64,000 bases of DNA from Bdellovibrionales bacterium (GCA_965261545.1 CBDHDF010000011.1:352001-416000), one strand, 5' to 3'. Counted from the stretch's first letter, positions 44,430-56,530 are shown. Made by a program: numbers and translations. Notes: generated by a model not told the origin, from the sequence alone.

Positions 44430-46190
44430 ATGGTGACTAAAAAAAAGACTAAGGCAAAAAGTCAGAAAGCAACGAACACTAAGAAAGTAAAAAAAACCAC
44501 ATCCCCAAAGGCTGAGAGAGGAACCCAGTCACTCAAAGAAATTGAGAAAAAACTTTGGAGTGCTGCAGACAAGTTGAGAAACAGCATGGATGCCGCCGAG
44601 TACAAGCATGTTGTTCTGGGTCTGATCTTTTTAAAATATGTTTCCGATAGTTTCGATGAGTTTAGAAAAAAATTAAGGTCTCAGTTTGTAGACCCCAAAC
44701 ATGACAACTACTTTGAAGGAGCCACAGAAAAAGAGGTTGAAAAAGAGCTAGAGGACAGAGACTACTACACCTCCAACAATATTTTCTGGGTACCCGTTAA
44801 GGCCCGTTGGCATGGAAATGGAGCCACTGAAACCCAAGGGATTCAAGACAGAGCCAAGCAATCAGACATTGGAAAAATCATTGATGATGCCATGGATGCT
44901 ATTGAGAAGAAAAATCCCAAACTCAAAAGAATTCTCCCCAAAGATTTTGCGAGAAGACAGCCCAATATTCGACTAAGTGAACTTGTGGACCTTATCTCCA
45001 CCATTGGCTTTAAGGACTCCGAACATCAATCCAAAGATATTTTAGGTCATGTGTATGAGTATTTTCTGGGCCAATTCGCCTCGGCAGAAGGAAAGAAGGG
45101 GGGTCAGTTCTACACGCCTAAGTCTGTTGTGAACCTCATTGTGGAATGTTTTGAGCCTTATGAGGGACGTGTTTATGATCCGGCCATGGGTTCTGGGGGA
45201 TTCTTTGTTTCCAGTGAAAAATTTATTGAGGCCCATTGTGATACAAAACATATCCATGAAGCCAAAAACAAAATTTCTCTTTATGGTCAAGAGTCCAACC
45301 CCACTACTTGGCGACTCTCGACTATGAATATGGCCATCCGTGGAATTGACTTTGACTTTGGGAAAGAACCTGCGGATACATTCAGTAAAAACCAACACCC
45401 CGACCTTAAAGCTGATTTTATTATGGCCAATCCTCCTTTTAATATTAGTGATTGGGGTGGGGCTCAACTCAAAGAAGATCGAAGGTGGAAATACGGCCTT
45501 CCCCCCGAAGGAAACGCCAACTTTGCCTGGGTTTCACACATGATCCATCACTTGTCCCCTAAAGGCTATGCAGGAATTGTTTTGGCTAATGGCTCCATGT
45601 CTTCCAATACAAATAACGAAGGTGAGATTAGAAAAAATATTCTGGAAGCCGACCTTGTGGACTGTATGATCGCCCTTCCAGGACAGTTATTTTTCAATAC
45701 TCAAATTCCAGCCTGTATCTGGATTTTGACTAAAAATAAATCGGGAAAAGGTGGAAAACGCAATCGAAAAGGGCAAACTCTTTTTCTGGATGCTCGAAAT
45801 AAAGGAGAGATGAGAAGCCGAGTGCAAAGAGCCTTCTCAGATGAGGACATCCAAAGTCTCGCTGACGTTTATCACTCTTGGAGAAATAAAGACGGAGAAC
45901 ACAAAGACATTGCAGGATTCTGCAAATCGTCCACCTTGGAAGAAATTAAATCCAATGATTATGTCCTTACCCCAGGAAGATATGTGGGGATGGCCGAAGT
46001 TGAAGGAGATGGGATTCCTTTCCATGAGAAAATGAGGACACTGACAGGCCAACTCAAAGAAGAGTTTGCTCAATCAGAAAAATTGGAAAAGGAAATTAGA
46101 AAAAACCTGTTGGGTATTGGGTTTGAAATATCGGGAATACAAGTAAAAGTCAGACGGGCTGATTTTAAAAAGGGAATAAATAATGATTGA
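44430..46190 (+). CDS. hsdM: Type I R-M methyltransferase subunit M
   Basis: Motifs LWSAADKLR, GQFYTP, YDPAMGSGG and ANPPFN. The start at ATG 44430 is uncertain (the ORF track starts at 44382). Confidence 0.96.
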   Translation: MVTKKKTKAKSQKATNTKKVKKTTSPKAERGTQSLKEIEKKLWSAADKLRNSMDAAEYKHVVLGLIFLKYVSDSFDEFRKKLRSQFVDPKHDNYFEGATEKEVEKELEDRDYYTSNNIFWVPVKARWHGNGATETQGIQDRAKQSDIGKIIDDAMDAIEKKNPKLKRILPKDFARRQPNIRLSELVDLISTIGFKDSEHQSKDILGHVYEYFLGQFASAEGKKGGQFYTPKSVVNLIVECFEPYEGRVYDPAMGSGGFFVSSEKFIEAHCDTKHIHEAKNKISLYGQESNPTTWRLSTMNMAIRGIDFDFGKEPADTFSKNQHPDLKADFIMANPPFNISDWGGAQLKEDRRWKYGLPPEGNANFAWVSHMIHHLSPKGYAGIVLANGSMSSNTNNEGEIRKNILEADLVDCMIALPGQLFFNTQIPACIWILTKNKSGKGGKRNRKGQTLFLDARNKGEMRSRVQRAFSDEDIQSLADVYHSWRNKDGEHKDIAGFCKSSTLEEIKSNDYVLTPGRYVGMAEVEGDGIPFHEKMRTLTGQLKEEFAQSEKLEKEIRKNLLGIGFEISGIQVKVRRADFKKGINND

Positions 46191-46599
46191 TTACAACAAC
46201 TTTAGAAAATCTTTAAAGAACCTTGAAGTGCAAAACAAAAATTATAAAAGTATGGATTCATTATTTCCCCAATGGATTAAAGAGGGAGTTGTTGAATCCG
46301 TCATTCAACGATTTGAAGTTTGTTACGACTGTCTGTGGAAAATTCTCAAACACTATTTGGAAGAGGTCGAGGGTCGGGTGGATGTTCCCAACTCTCCCAA
46401 TGGAGTTTTTCGAGTCGCTGCTGAAGTTCAGGTTTTAGCTTCCTCTGTAGAGCAGTGGCAAAAATATAGAACAGCCCGAGTAGGAACCACACATGATTAT
46501 AGTGGGGACAAAGCTCAAAAGGCCATAGAGCTTATAGATGACTTTATAGACGATTCCATTGGACTTTATCAGACAATGACTGGAAAAGTATGGGAATAG
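46183..46599 (+). CDS. HEPN-domain (HI0074/NTase-substrate-binding type) putative RNase toxin
   Basis: Motifs IQRFEVCYD and RVGTTHDY, the latter matching RX4HXY. Confidence 0.85.
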   Translation: MIDYNNFRKSLKNLEVQNKNYKSMDSLFPQWIKEGVVESVIQRFEVCYDCLWKILKHYLEEVEGRVDVPNSPNGVFRVAAEVQVLASSVEQWQKYRTARVGTTHDYSGDKAQKAIELIDDFIDDSIGLYQTMTGKVWE

Positions 46600-48347
46600 C
46601 AAAGAGTATTGACGTTTTTCCAGCACAGAGGAAAATCATATCTGATTTATTAAAAAGATATATTCCCAACACCGAGGTCTGGGCTTACGGTTCCAGAGCC
46701 AAGTGGACGGCAAAATCCTACTCTGACTTAGATATGGTGGCTTTTACCACAAAAGAGCAAGACATGGCCGTGTCTGATTTAAGGGAGGCTTTTGAGGAAA
46801 GTGACCTTCCTTTTCGAGTAGACTTCTTTGTTTGGAATGAAGTTCCTGAGAGATTTCATGAAAATATAAAGGGGGAGTACTTTGTGTTTCAGGAAAAAAA
46901 AGAATCCTCTTTTAATTATATAGAAATGCCCTTAAGTGAAGTTATCCATAAATTTATTGATTATAGGGGGAAGACTCCTCTCAAAAAAAAATTCGGTGTA
47001 CCCCTAATTACAGCAAAAATTATTAAAAATGGGCGTATCCAAAAGCCAAACGAATTTATTAGTAAAGGCTCATATGACAATTGGATGACGAGAGGGTTCC
47101 CTGAAATTGGAGATGTGGTATTAACAACAGAAGCTCCTTTAGGTGAGGTTGCTCAAATTCATGACAATTTAATGGCACTTGCTCAGAGAATAATAACTTT
47201 AAGAGGGAAAAAAGATAAATTAGACAATACTTATTTAAGATATGTTCTCCAGTCAAAAGGTGTGCAAAGTAACTTATACTCTAGAGCTACAGGAACAACA
47301 GTTTTAGGAATCAAAAGTTCACAACTTAAAAAGGTTGAAATTCCAATTCCTGAAGTTCATTTTCAAAAAAAGATTGGGTGGTTTCTGTCTGTGCTGGATA
47401 AGAAGATTGATGTGAACTTTCAAATAAGTCAGAACCTTGAGTCTTTAGCCCAAACCATCTTCAAATCATGGTTTGTTGACTTTGATCCTGTCCATGCCAA
47501 AAAGAAAGCCTTGGAAAAAGGTCTTTCCAAAGATCAAGCCGAGCGTGCGGCCATAGCCGTTGTCTCAGGAGTTTGTAGCCCCTCAGACTTTACTGAGAAC
47601 TTCAATGAAATGAACCAGCGTCTCACCCAAAAGCTCTCAAAGATGAGTAAAAAAGATCAAGAGGAAGTGGCTCACATAGCCTCCCTGTTTCCCAGTGAGT
47701 TTCAGGATAGTAAACTTGGAGAGATTCCGCGGGGGTGGTCTTACTCTCCTTTCTCAGCAATTTCAACCTTAAATACACAAAGTATTCAGCCATATAAAAT
47801 TCCACAAAATAAATTTTATCACTATAGTATACCTGCTTATGATACTGATTCTATGCCAAGTATAGAGTTTGGCAATGATATTAAAAGCAGCAAGTATTTG
47901 ATGCAGAAAGACTCTGTTCTTGTATCAAAACTGAATCCTAGAATAAAAAGAGTTTGGTATCATCAGTTATCAGAGGAGGGTTGTTCTATTTGTTCTACTG
48001 AGTTTATGCAATTTTCCCATCAAAACAAAAAAAATCGAGCATTCCTATGGGGAATTATCACAAGTAAATTTTTTCAAGAAAAAATTATGAAAACAGTTAC
48101 AGGAACAACCGGAAGCAGGCAAATGGCACAACCGAAGCAAGTCGCTGAGGCGAAGGTAATTTTACCTGTGTATGATTTACAAAAACAGTATTCAAAAATT
48201 TCTTCCTCTATGTTAGGAAAAATAAATACCAGTCTCTTAGAAAACCAAACACTATCGCAGTTAAGAGACACCCTCCTCCCAAAACTCCTTGCAGGCGAGA
48301 TAGATCTATCAAATATCAAACTCGATGAAGCGGTGAGGTCCTCATGA
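46590..48347 (+). CDS. hsdS: Minimal nucleotidyltransferase (MNT) fused to type I R-M specificity subunit S
   Basis: N-terminal GSRAKWTAKSYSDLD (GSX10DXD) and SDLPFRVD, followed by two TRDs with LAQTIFKSWFVDF, GEIPRGW and LRDTLLPKLLAGEI. Confidence 0.92.
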   Translation: MGIAKSIDVFPAQRKIISDLLKRYIPNTEVWAYGSRAKWTAKSYSDLDMVAFTTKEQDMAVSDLREAFEESDLPFRVDFFVWNEVPERFHENIKGEYFVFQEKKESSFNYIEMPLSEVIHKFIDYRGKTPLKKKFGVPLITAKIIKNGRIQKPNEFISKGSYDNWMTRGFPEIGDVVLTTEAPLGEVAQIHDNLMALAQRIITLRGKKDKLDNTYLRYVLQSKGVQSNLYSRATGTTVLGIKSSQLKKVEIPIPEVHFQKKIGWFLSVLDKKIDVNFQISQNLESLAQTIFKSWFVDFDPVHAKKKALEKGLSKDQAERAAIAVVSGVCSPSDFTENFNEMNQRLTQKLSKMSKKDQEEVAHIASLFPSEFQDSKLGEIPRGWSYSPFSAISTLNTQSIQPYKIPQNKFYHYSIPAYDTDSMPSIEFGNDIKSSKYLMQKDSVLVSKLNPRIKRVWYHQLSEEGCSICSTEFMQFSHQNKKNRAFLWGIITSKFFQEKIMKTVTGTTGSRQMAQPKQVAEAKVILPVYDLQKQYSKISSSMLGKINTSLLENQTLSQLRDTLLPKLLAGEIDLSNIKLDEAVRSS

Positions 48348-49366
48348 CCAACGAGCAAAGCCTTACTACACAGAAAAATTTTCTCCTCTACACTGCCCCT
48401 GACGGAGAGGTACGCCTTGAGGTTTTTTTACAGGACGAAGACCTGTGGCTCACTCAGAAGATGATGGCAGAGCTTTTTGATGCAGAAGTGCAAACCATCA
48501 ATTATCACTTAAAAGAAATCTTTAAGTCATTGGAATTAAGGGAAAATTCAGTTATTCGAAAAATTCGAATAACTGCCAAGGATGGAAAAAAGTACCTAAC
48601 AAACTTTTACAACCTCGACACTATCATTGCGGTGGGCTATAGAGTTAACTCCAAGCGAGCCACACAGTTTCGCATATGGGCCACAAAGACCCTCCGAGAG
48701 TATATCATCAAGGGCTTTGTTGTGGATAACCAGCGACTCAAACAGGGCTCCGAAGTCTTTGGTAAAGACTATTTCCGTGAACTCCTCGAAACCGTCCGCT
48801 CTATTCGTGCCAGTGAGCGAAGAGTCTATTTGCAGATCACTGATATTTTTTCTGAATGTAGTATCGACTACAACCCTCAGTCGGAAACAACGAAGAATTT
48901 CTATGCTACAATACAGAACAAGTTCCACTTTGCTATTACGGGAAAAACAGCTGCTGAAATTATTCATGGTAAAGCAAATCGAAAAAAGCCTCACATGGGG
49001 CTATCCACGTGGAAAAATGCTTCTCAAGGAAGGATACTTTCCAGTGATGTAACTGTAGCTAAAAACTACCTGCAAGAAAAAGAAATCAAAAAGCTAGAGA
49101 GAACTGTATCTGGATTTTTTGACTATATTGAGAACCTCATAGAGAATCAACAATCTTTCACTATGAAAGAGTTTATCCAGAGCGTAAACGAGTTCTTAAA
49201 ATTTAACAAATATAAAATTTTAGATGGCAAAGGAAAAATTTCAAAACATAAGGCAGATGAAAAGGCCCTAGGTGAATACGAGGAGTTTAATAAAATCCAA
49301 AAAATTGATTCTGACTTTGAAAAAGAAATGAGAAAATCCTTAAAGGACAGAAACAACAATGACTGA
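48344..49366 (+). CDS. rhuM: RhuM-family (virulence RhuM-like) protein
   Basis: Motifs LWLTQKMMAELF, YNLDTIIAVGYRVNS.RATQFR.WAT, DYFRELLE.VR.IRASE and QNKFHFAITG.TAAE. Confidence 0.88.
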   Translation: MTNEQSLTTQKNFLLYTAPDGEVRLEVFLQDEDLWLTQKMMAELFDAEVQTINYHLKEIFKSLELRENSVIRKIRITAKDGKKYLTNFYNLDTIIAVGYRVNSKRATQFRIWATKTLREYIIKGFVVDNQRLKQGSEVFGKDYFRELLETVRSIRASERRVYLQITDIFSECSIDYNPQSETTKNFYATIQNKFHFAITGKTAAEIIHGKANRKKPHMGLSTWKNASQGRILSSDVTVAKNYLQEKEIKKLERTVSGFFDYIENLIENQQSFTMKEFIQSVNEFLKFNKYKILDGKGKISKHKADEKALGEYEEFNKIQKIDSDFEKEMRKSLKDRNNND

Positions 49367-49736
49367 AGATGATCTGGAGCAAATAGGCATAGACTGGTTT
49401 AAGGAACTCGGTTGGGACTATGAGTGCGGTTATGATATTGCTCCTGACTCAGATAACCCCAAACGGACAAGTTATAAAGAGGTTCTCATTTTAGAAAAAC
49501 TTAAAGAGGCCCTCGAAAAAATCAACCCCCATATCCCCCAAAATAAGATTGATGAGTTTGTAACAAGGCTTTCTCGTCCGGAATCCCCTATTCTGGAAGT
49601 CAACAACCGACAGTTTCATAGGTTTATCAACGATGGAGTACCTGTGGATCTGAGGGTGGATGATCGCATCAAAGGAGATTTTGTTAAAATCATTGATTTT
49701 GAAAACATGAAAAACAACAACTTTCTTGTGGTTAAC
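49359..49736 (+). pseudogene. hsdR: Type I R-M restriction subunit R, N-terminal remnant
   Basis: MTEDDLEQ...LGW...IDFEN..NNNFLVVN, then an abrupt switch to mobile-element sequence. Confidence 0.88.
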
Positions 49737-49828
49737 TTATTTCTTGCGCAAAAATTCATCTAAATGCCACAGACTTACTTGTGGTAAGTTGTTATAAGGC
49801 TTAAATGACCTAGCGGACCTCAAAATAC

Positions 49829-50031
49829 GGGACTGTAAAAATAATTGTGTAACTGCAATTTTTTTCTTAAATCTTAAAGCCACTTATGTGGCTCCACTCC
49901 TGGTAAAAAGCACAGCCCCATATTATTCGTCAATGTATAATTGCATTTTTTCCTTCAAGCGATTTTGTCAGTCACAATGCATTATAATTTAATGGGGAGA
50001 TGGAGCCGTAATGGGATCATATCAGAACTGG
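49829..50031 (-). mobile_element. IS256 right-end fragment
   Basis: GGGACTGTAAAAATAATTGTGTAACTGC; reverse match to about 21550-21815, lacking an internal segment of about 62 bp. Confidence 0.88.
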
Positions 50032-51108
50032 TGTTAGGCGCCAATTAAAATTGGCCATTTTTAGAAGCCGTCGCCAATGAAAAACGGCCAGTTGATAATG
50101 TACTGATTTAGTTATTCTTCGTTCAGAGTTTAGTCAAGTGTCTTTATTTTGCTCATCATTTAACTCGGACTATGCCACAAGATTCTGAGGAATGATTTTC
50201 TGCCCACCACTTTTGGCATGACCCCAAATGCATCCTTCAGCCCTATGGCAGAGGTAAATGGAGTATTTTTCAGGATTCCTTGGCGCAGCTAATGTCTAAA
50301 GCTCCGCGAGAGTGACGAGCAAATAGTACGGTAAAAGCCAGTTATCCATAAATTTATCCATGGCGACACTGCGGCTGTGACCCCGATGTCTAGCAACGCA
50401 GTGCTGCTGTGGATAAATTTTGTGGATAACTGGCGAGTTCCTTCCCCAAAAGTGGGGATCTCTAATGAACTTCTTTGGTTGAACTTTCCTCTTTGCTCTG
50501 TTTAGACTTGGCTTTTGCCGATTCGGTTCTCCAACTTTCTTTTCCTTCAATGTTGAGGGTTTCACAGTTGTGAATGATTCGATCAACAGCAGCAGCGGTG
50601 GTAATAGGGTTAAGAAACACCTTATCCCATTCAGAGTAAGTTAAGTTTGTAGTGATCATGAGACTTTTCCTTTCATATCGCTGAGATATGAATTGAAAGA
50701 AAAGATCTGCCCCCTCTGTGCAGGAAGCTGTATAGCCAAGTTCATCACAAGCAATAAGATCAAAACGGTCTAATTTCTTAAAAAGAGCATTCAATGAGAG
50801 TTCTTTCTTGCTTTCACGCATTGTTTCAATAAGTTCATGAGTGGTGACCCATAAACATCGATAGCCTTGTTCACAGAGTGAACGAACTAGGGACATGGCC
50901 AAATGACTTTTCCCCATTCCAAAGCTTCCGTAAAACACAACATTACAGGCTTTTCTGACCCACTCTCCCTCTGCCATCCAATTAATTTGCTGAGCTGTCA
51001 CTCCCGTTCTTTTCTGGAAGTTATAAGTTTGGAGTGATTTAAGTTGAGGAAGCTTGGCCCCCTTAAGCAATCTTTTCACTCTCTGGGAATGCTTGTCAGC
51101 AAGCTCAT
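50032..51108 (-). mobile_element. istB: IS21-A right part with 5'-truncated istB
   Basis: Right end at 50032; IstB GSFGMGKS; cut at 51108. Confidence 0.92.
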
Positions 51109-54100
51109 TGTGATCCAATACTTTATTTTGACGGACTTTTCATGGGTTCCTTTGACCTCGAAGCAATTTTTATGATTTTATCCTGACTGAGTTTAAGTTG
51201 TTGAGAGTGATATTTTGATTAGCAAGGTGTGTCGAGGTGAAGTGAGTGAGAAAAGGATGACTGATTCTCTCTGTTTGGTTTGCTCTCCCGCCTGGTGGTC
51301 AAGAAATTAAGAGCACTTGAGATTTCCAAGTTCTCTTGGGAGGATAATTTCGCTGTATCTGATTTGATGGATTATTTTTGGAAGCCTAGTTCCTGGCATT
51401 TAAAGCAGGAGATCCTCCCACAGGTGGTGGCTACTTGCTTGAATCGACGCAACATCCTGTTGCGGATCTTTCAGTCTCGGGCTCCTGCCCTCGCCCCTCA
51501 GCCCCAGGGGGCTTTCGGGTACGACTGAAAGATTCTTAGTCTCGATTCCACATTGAGAGGAGATTGAGAGGAGCGTCCTATCCAGTGGGACTTTATTTGG
51601 CCCCTCAGGGAGAATAACTACCGACCATGTAGTTTAAATAAGTTCTGTGGCGGCTTGGCGAACATGTTCTTCTGTAATTTGTTCTTCAGAAGCTTTCATA
51701 CATGCAATCAATGAACCTCTGGCAATCAAATTGGCTTTTCTTAGCAAGCCTCCAGAGCCCTGCCAAATGGCTGTGACAGCATTATCTGTCATGAGTTTAT
51801 TCTTGATTCCAGAGATTTTAAGGTGATGATCTAGATAATTTCTCATATTTTCTTCATTAAGAGCTGGTAGGTGAGCGTGGGTCATCACACGAGAAGCCAA
51901 GGGCAGAGAAGTTCTATACTTCAATTTATCAAGAAGGTTATTCTGTCCCACCAAAATAAGTGAGAATCTTTTTTCAGAATCAAAGTTGAATTGGTTAATC
52001 GTATGCAATTCAGCAAAGACATCGACTCTCAATAAGGATGCCTCATCAATGATAACCACAATTTTATTTCTTTGTTGTTCTAATATTTCTGAGATGGCTT
52101 CTTTGAATTCCTTAAGAAGGAAGGACCTATGGTTTCCTCTTAAATTTAAATTTATACTCCAACACAATTGTCTATATAGCTCACAGGTTGAGCCACTGTT
52201 CGCCGTCACATAACAGCTGTTAATTTCAGATTTGTGGAATTGATCTAAACTCCATCTCATGGCGGTGGATTTTCCGGTGCCAACATCGCCGGTGACGACC
52301 ATAATTCCACCAATGGAAAGAACATAATCCAATCTCTCTTTCACTGCCATTGTTCCAGGTAAAGACATAAGGTCTTTGGATTTAAGATTGTCATTAAAAG
52401 GAGAGAACTTCATTCCAAAATATTCAATGTATTTCATTTCTTACCTCCTGTTTTATCTCCTGAAAATAATTCTCCTGATTTTGGTTTTGTCTCTTTCGTG
52501 GCAGAAGTCACCTTTCCATTGCGACCCAAGTAAAAATTCACATGCCGATCCAATAAATTGGCCTGACCAAAGCTTCTTCCATCAAAGAAAATTTCAACAT
52601 CTTCGGGAGTCTCTCTGTGGAACTTGAGTTCCACTCTTCTATCGATCAGGTCTACGGGAGCTTCATATATGGTTCCATTCAAATGAAAAGTTCGATCCTT
52701 TTTAACTCGTCGAAATTGAATAAATCGAAAATAGTCCAATAGATTGGGGGGAGCGGGACGAACACACTTCATATTTTTACGGAATTTCGCCAATGGAGTT
52801 TCGCCAGTGGTTCCATGAACTTTGTGGTGATAACTCTCCACCCAGTCAGAAAATACCTCATTCAGTTCTTCAAGGCTCAAGGTTTTTTCATCGCAGCGAG
52901 GAAAGAAGTTTTCCCGTACATATCGAAACCAACGCTCCACTTTCCCCCGACCCTGAGGAGTATAAGGAGGAGTGTGAATAATCTGAATACCCAAGGAAGC
53001 TGTGACCTGTTCCAAGTTTATAGCCTTAAAACAAGCCCCATTATCGATATAAAGCTTTTGAGGAAGCCCCCTCTTCTCAACAGCTTTCTTAAGACAATCC
53101 TTCATATTCTCAAGCCTTTCGGACTCATAAAACTCCCCGTGGGGAATGATGCGAGAATTGTCATCCAATATGGCAATGAGGTAGGATTTTACTTTCTTTC
53201 TCTTTTTGCCAACCACAATGGGGCCATGAAGAACATCTGACTGCCACATTTCATTGGGAGACGAAGCTTCAAAGGACCTACGATCTGTGGACTCTTTTTG
53301 TTGCAATTTGTGATGCTTTAAAAATCTATAAAGCACACTCATATTGATCTCTTCATTGGTACCAATAGAGCCGCGCTGACGTAGAGCATTGACAAGGGCT
53401 ATGCCTGTAAAATGTCCCTTTGCCTTCATGATCTCTTTAATGACCACTTGGAGAGATTCATCAAGACTTCTAAATTGACCTTGATCCTTGCGATCCGATG
53501 GCATAAGCCCCTCTAATCTATTGCCCGATCCCTTGTAGTCTGCAATCCATTTTTTTATGGTGGAACGACTCACACGAGTCGATGATGAGTAGGGAACACG
53601 ATAGCTCTTGGAAGATTTTTCCGTAAGCAATCTCTCTTTTTCTCCATATTCAAGGCGCAACCCTGTAACAAATTCAGAAATCACTCCGAATCTAAAGGTG
53701 GCAACCTCCATTTTCTTGTCCTTATCAGCCATTTTGACCTCTCTTTCTTTGATTTAATTTCCGTTATTGGAAATCTTTCTTGAAATAAGAGATACACAAC
53801 TTCCTGACTCTTTGTTAATGACAAGAAACGGTAGGTTGAAAATAAATGGGAGCACTGGCAAACTTCGTTAACCAAAAATGTCCAGGTTTTTCTCTTGATA
53901 AAAGGCCACTGTGCTAAGTGGATCTTTTTCTTTCATCAGATTATAAGCCTTAGCGTGATTAAGAAGTTTTTTCAGCCAGTGCCCCGCTCTTTGCCTCGTT
54001 GTCCAAAGGGGCCATGCCTTGGGAATCTTGGGGTTCAGACGATGTCGTAATGCTTCGAAAATACGAGACTTTGTCTCTTGAAAACGACGCCAGAACGACT

Positions 54101-54459
54101 TGGGTCTTGTCGTTATAACACTGTGGCAGTGAGGACACCGCCAGCGCTTGAGGTAGACCGCTTCAGAGCATGCAAAAAAGTATCTCTTCACATAGCCATG
54201 GCCCCAGAGCTTCTCACTGTTACAGCCGGGATTTTGGCACTTACATGGCCTCTTCCAATTGTAATTCTTACCTTCTTTTACAAGGTCATCCGTTGATACA
54301 AAAGTAGCTAAAATCATAACACCTCCTGATGCAGAGTATTAAACTCATGGGGAGGTTATGACAAGACTTAGTCAAGGGAATGTAATAATTCTCTAGGGAT
54401 GGTCAAAGAAAAATAAAAAATAAAGGCGAATTCTAGTCAGAATAAAGTATCGTATAACA
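51109..54459 (-). mobile_element. Three-gene Mu/TnsB-like transposon: Cys-rich protein 53868..54317, DDE transposase 52434..53732, ExeA/TnsC-like AAA ATPase 51634..52437
   Basis: TGT..ACA IRs (TGTGATCCAATACTTTATT / TGTTATACGATACTTTATT). The transposase has WQSDVLHG, LYIDNG and PQGRGKVERWF; the ATPase has GDVGTGKS and IIDEA. No TSD is visible. Confidence 0.88.
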
Positions 54460-54523
54460 CTTACCCAATCCTGCGGCCTCTCTTAGTCGCTTCTTATCCT
54501 CCCTAGGCATATCCTTGGGGGCT

Positions 54524-56166
54524 CAGCAATTCCCGTCGAAAAATAGTTTAGGCCACAGTAGTGGCTTCCAAAAGATTCGCCTCAAAAAGAGTTCGTAGAC
54601 TTTTGCCTAAGTATCTGTTTGAATATTTGTTGTTGCACATCAGACCAAGGAGGGTTCGTCATGTCGCATCAACATTTTAGAAAAGGTCTATCCGCTTCAG
54701 GAATGTATTCCCTGTTACACAGTAAATCTCTTGCAGTTCCAGATATAAGATCGCAGCGTCCCCATAGGATTCCTCTGAGCGATGCCATTATGTCATCTGT
54801 GGCAATGTTTGCCTTGAAAGATCCATCCATGCTTCAGTTTTGTGATCGTGTCCATGACCCAGTGGCAAAAAACAACCTACACCATTTGTTTCAAATAGGC
54901 CAAATTCCTAGTGATACGGCTATGCGAGAGATTTTAGATCCTGTTCCAACCCGTGAGTTTCAAAATTTTTTTAAATCTTTGTTTACCGTAGCTCAAAGAG
55001 GGAAGGTTTTGGAGGGTTACCCATATTTGGGTGGAAAATATCTTCTCAGCATTGATGGAACAGGTGCCTTTAGCTCCTCGACTATTCATTGTGAGAATTG
55101 TTGTATAAAGAATCATCGTGATGAGACGAAGACCTACTATCATCAAATGTTAGCAGGAGTGATTGTTCACCCCGATAAGAAACAGGTTATACCTATTGCT
55201 CCAGAGTCCATTTCAAACACAGATGGATCGAGCAAAAATGATTGTGAGCGTAATGCAGCCAAACGACTCCTTGAAGATTTTCGCAGGGAACACCCTCACC
55301 TTCCAGTGATTGTTATTGAGGATGGATTGGCTTCCAATGCTCCTCACATCACTCTTCTTAACGAATTAAAATTAAGTTATATTTTAGGCTGTAAGATGGG
55401 GGACCACAAAGTTTTATTTGAGTTTGTAAATGGAGCAGATAGCTTAGGAACAGTTTCTCACTTCACCGTGGTAGAGAATGGAGTGACACATGAATTTCGA
55501 TTCATAAATGATGTTTCACTCAATGATTCAAATCCTGATTGTCGAGTGAATTTTATTGAATACAAAGAAACGAAAGCAAACGGTAAGGTTCAGCACTTTA
55601 GCTGGGTGACTGACATTGAGATCAACGAAGACAACATAATGCAAATAATGAGGGGGGGAAGAGCACGCTGGAAGATAGAAAATGAAACATTTAATACGTT
55701 AAAGAATTTGGGTTACAACTTTGAGCACAATTTTGGCCACGGCAAGCAAAATTTGTGTAACAATTTAGCCGTGATTATGATGCTGGTATTTTTAGTGGAC
55801 CAACTTCAACATTTGGCCTGTAAATTGTTTCAAAAGGCGGTAGAAAAAGAGAGGAGACTATCTTATCTATGGGATCATATGAGGGGGTATTTCCATACCC
55901 TATACTTTAAAAATTGGCAGGAACTCCTCGCCATAATGGCTTATGGGATTAAGCCTATTGCTGCCTCAGATGTTTTCGACACATCATGAGCAGCCATTTT
56001 TCTCAAAGTGCCCCAAAGAGTTTAACGTATTTGCCCTAAACTAAAGTCTGGACATTCGCCTCTAAATGGCGAAGACGGGGAGGTTTACCTTATTCGATGC
56101 AGTGCAATTCTCACACTGAGATTTGGAGGAATTTCAATGTTTTTTCAAGCTCGGCGGGAATTTCTG
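54524..56166 (+). mobile_element. DDE (IS4-like/ISNCY) element, intact; transposase 54619..55989 (likely ATG 54661)
   Basis: IRs CAGCAATTCCCG / CGGGAATTTCTG; motifs SIDGTG, DCERNAAKR, EDGL and RARWKIENETFNTLK; no TSD. Confidence 0.92.
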
Positions 56167-56393
56167 TCCTCATGGAGACTTTTGTCGACCTTACCAAATT
56201 TAATGCCACGAGCTATCGTGCTGCCAACTGGCTTTATTTGGGCAAAACAAATGGGAGTCGTGCCTACAAAAATGTAAAGGGAAAAACTCAAAAAGGTGTT
56301 TATGTTCAACCTCTGACAAAGAATTATCAGTCTATCTTATTGAATGGCCCCCTGTTAGGCGCCAAGGCCACTCCAAGTATTGTCTCGGCTTAG
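56167..56393 (+). pseudogene. Fragment of a DUF4338/DruA-like domain protein
   Basis: LMETFVD....ATSYRAANWLYLGKTNG. Confidence 0.65.
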
Positions 56394-56530
56394 AGGAAGC
56401 TGAAGTGACGGCGAAAAAATGAAAAATAGAGATTGAATCCTTGGAGCAAAAAACTGAAAAATCAGCCCTATTGCTGCGGAAGTTGGTGGGTAAAATCACA
56501 TTGACTTCAACCACCCCTGAGGTTGGCCGC

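Noticed and set aside
51109..54459. CRISPR-associated or Tn7 transposon
   Set aside because: No TnsA, TniQ, Cas gene or array lies between the ends.
56167..56393. Druantia defence system
   Set aside because: Only a short DUF4338-like fragment is present, a domain also common in IS elements, and there are no partner genes.
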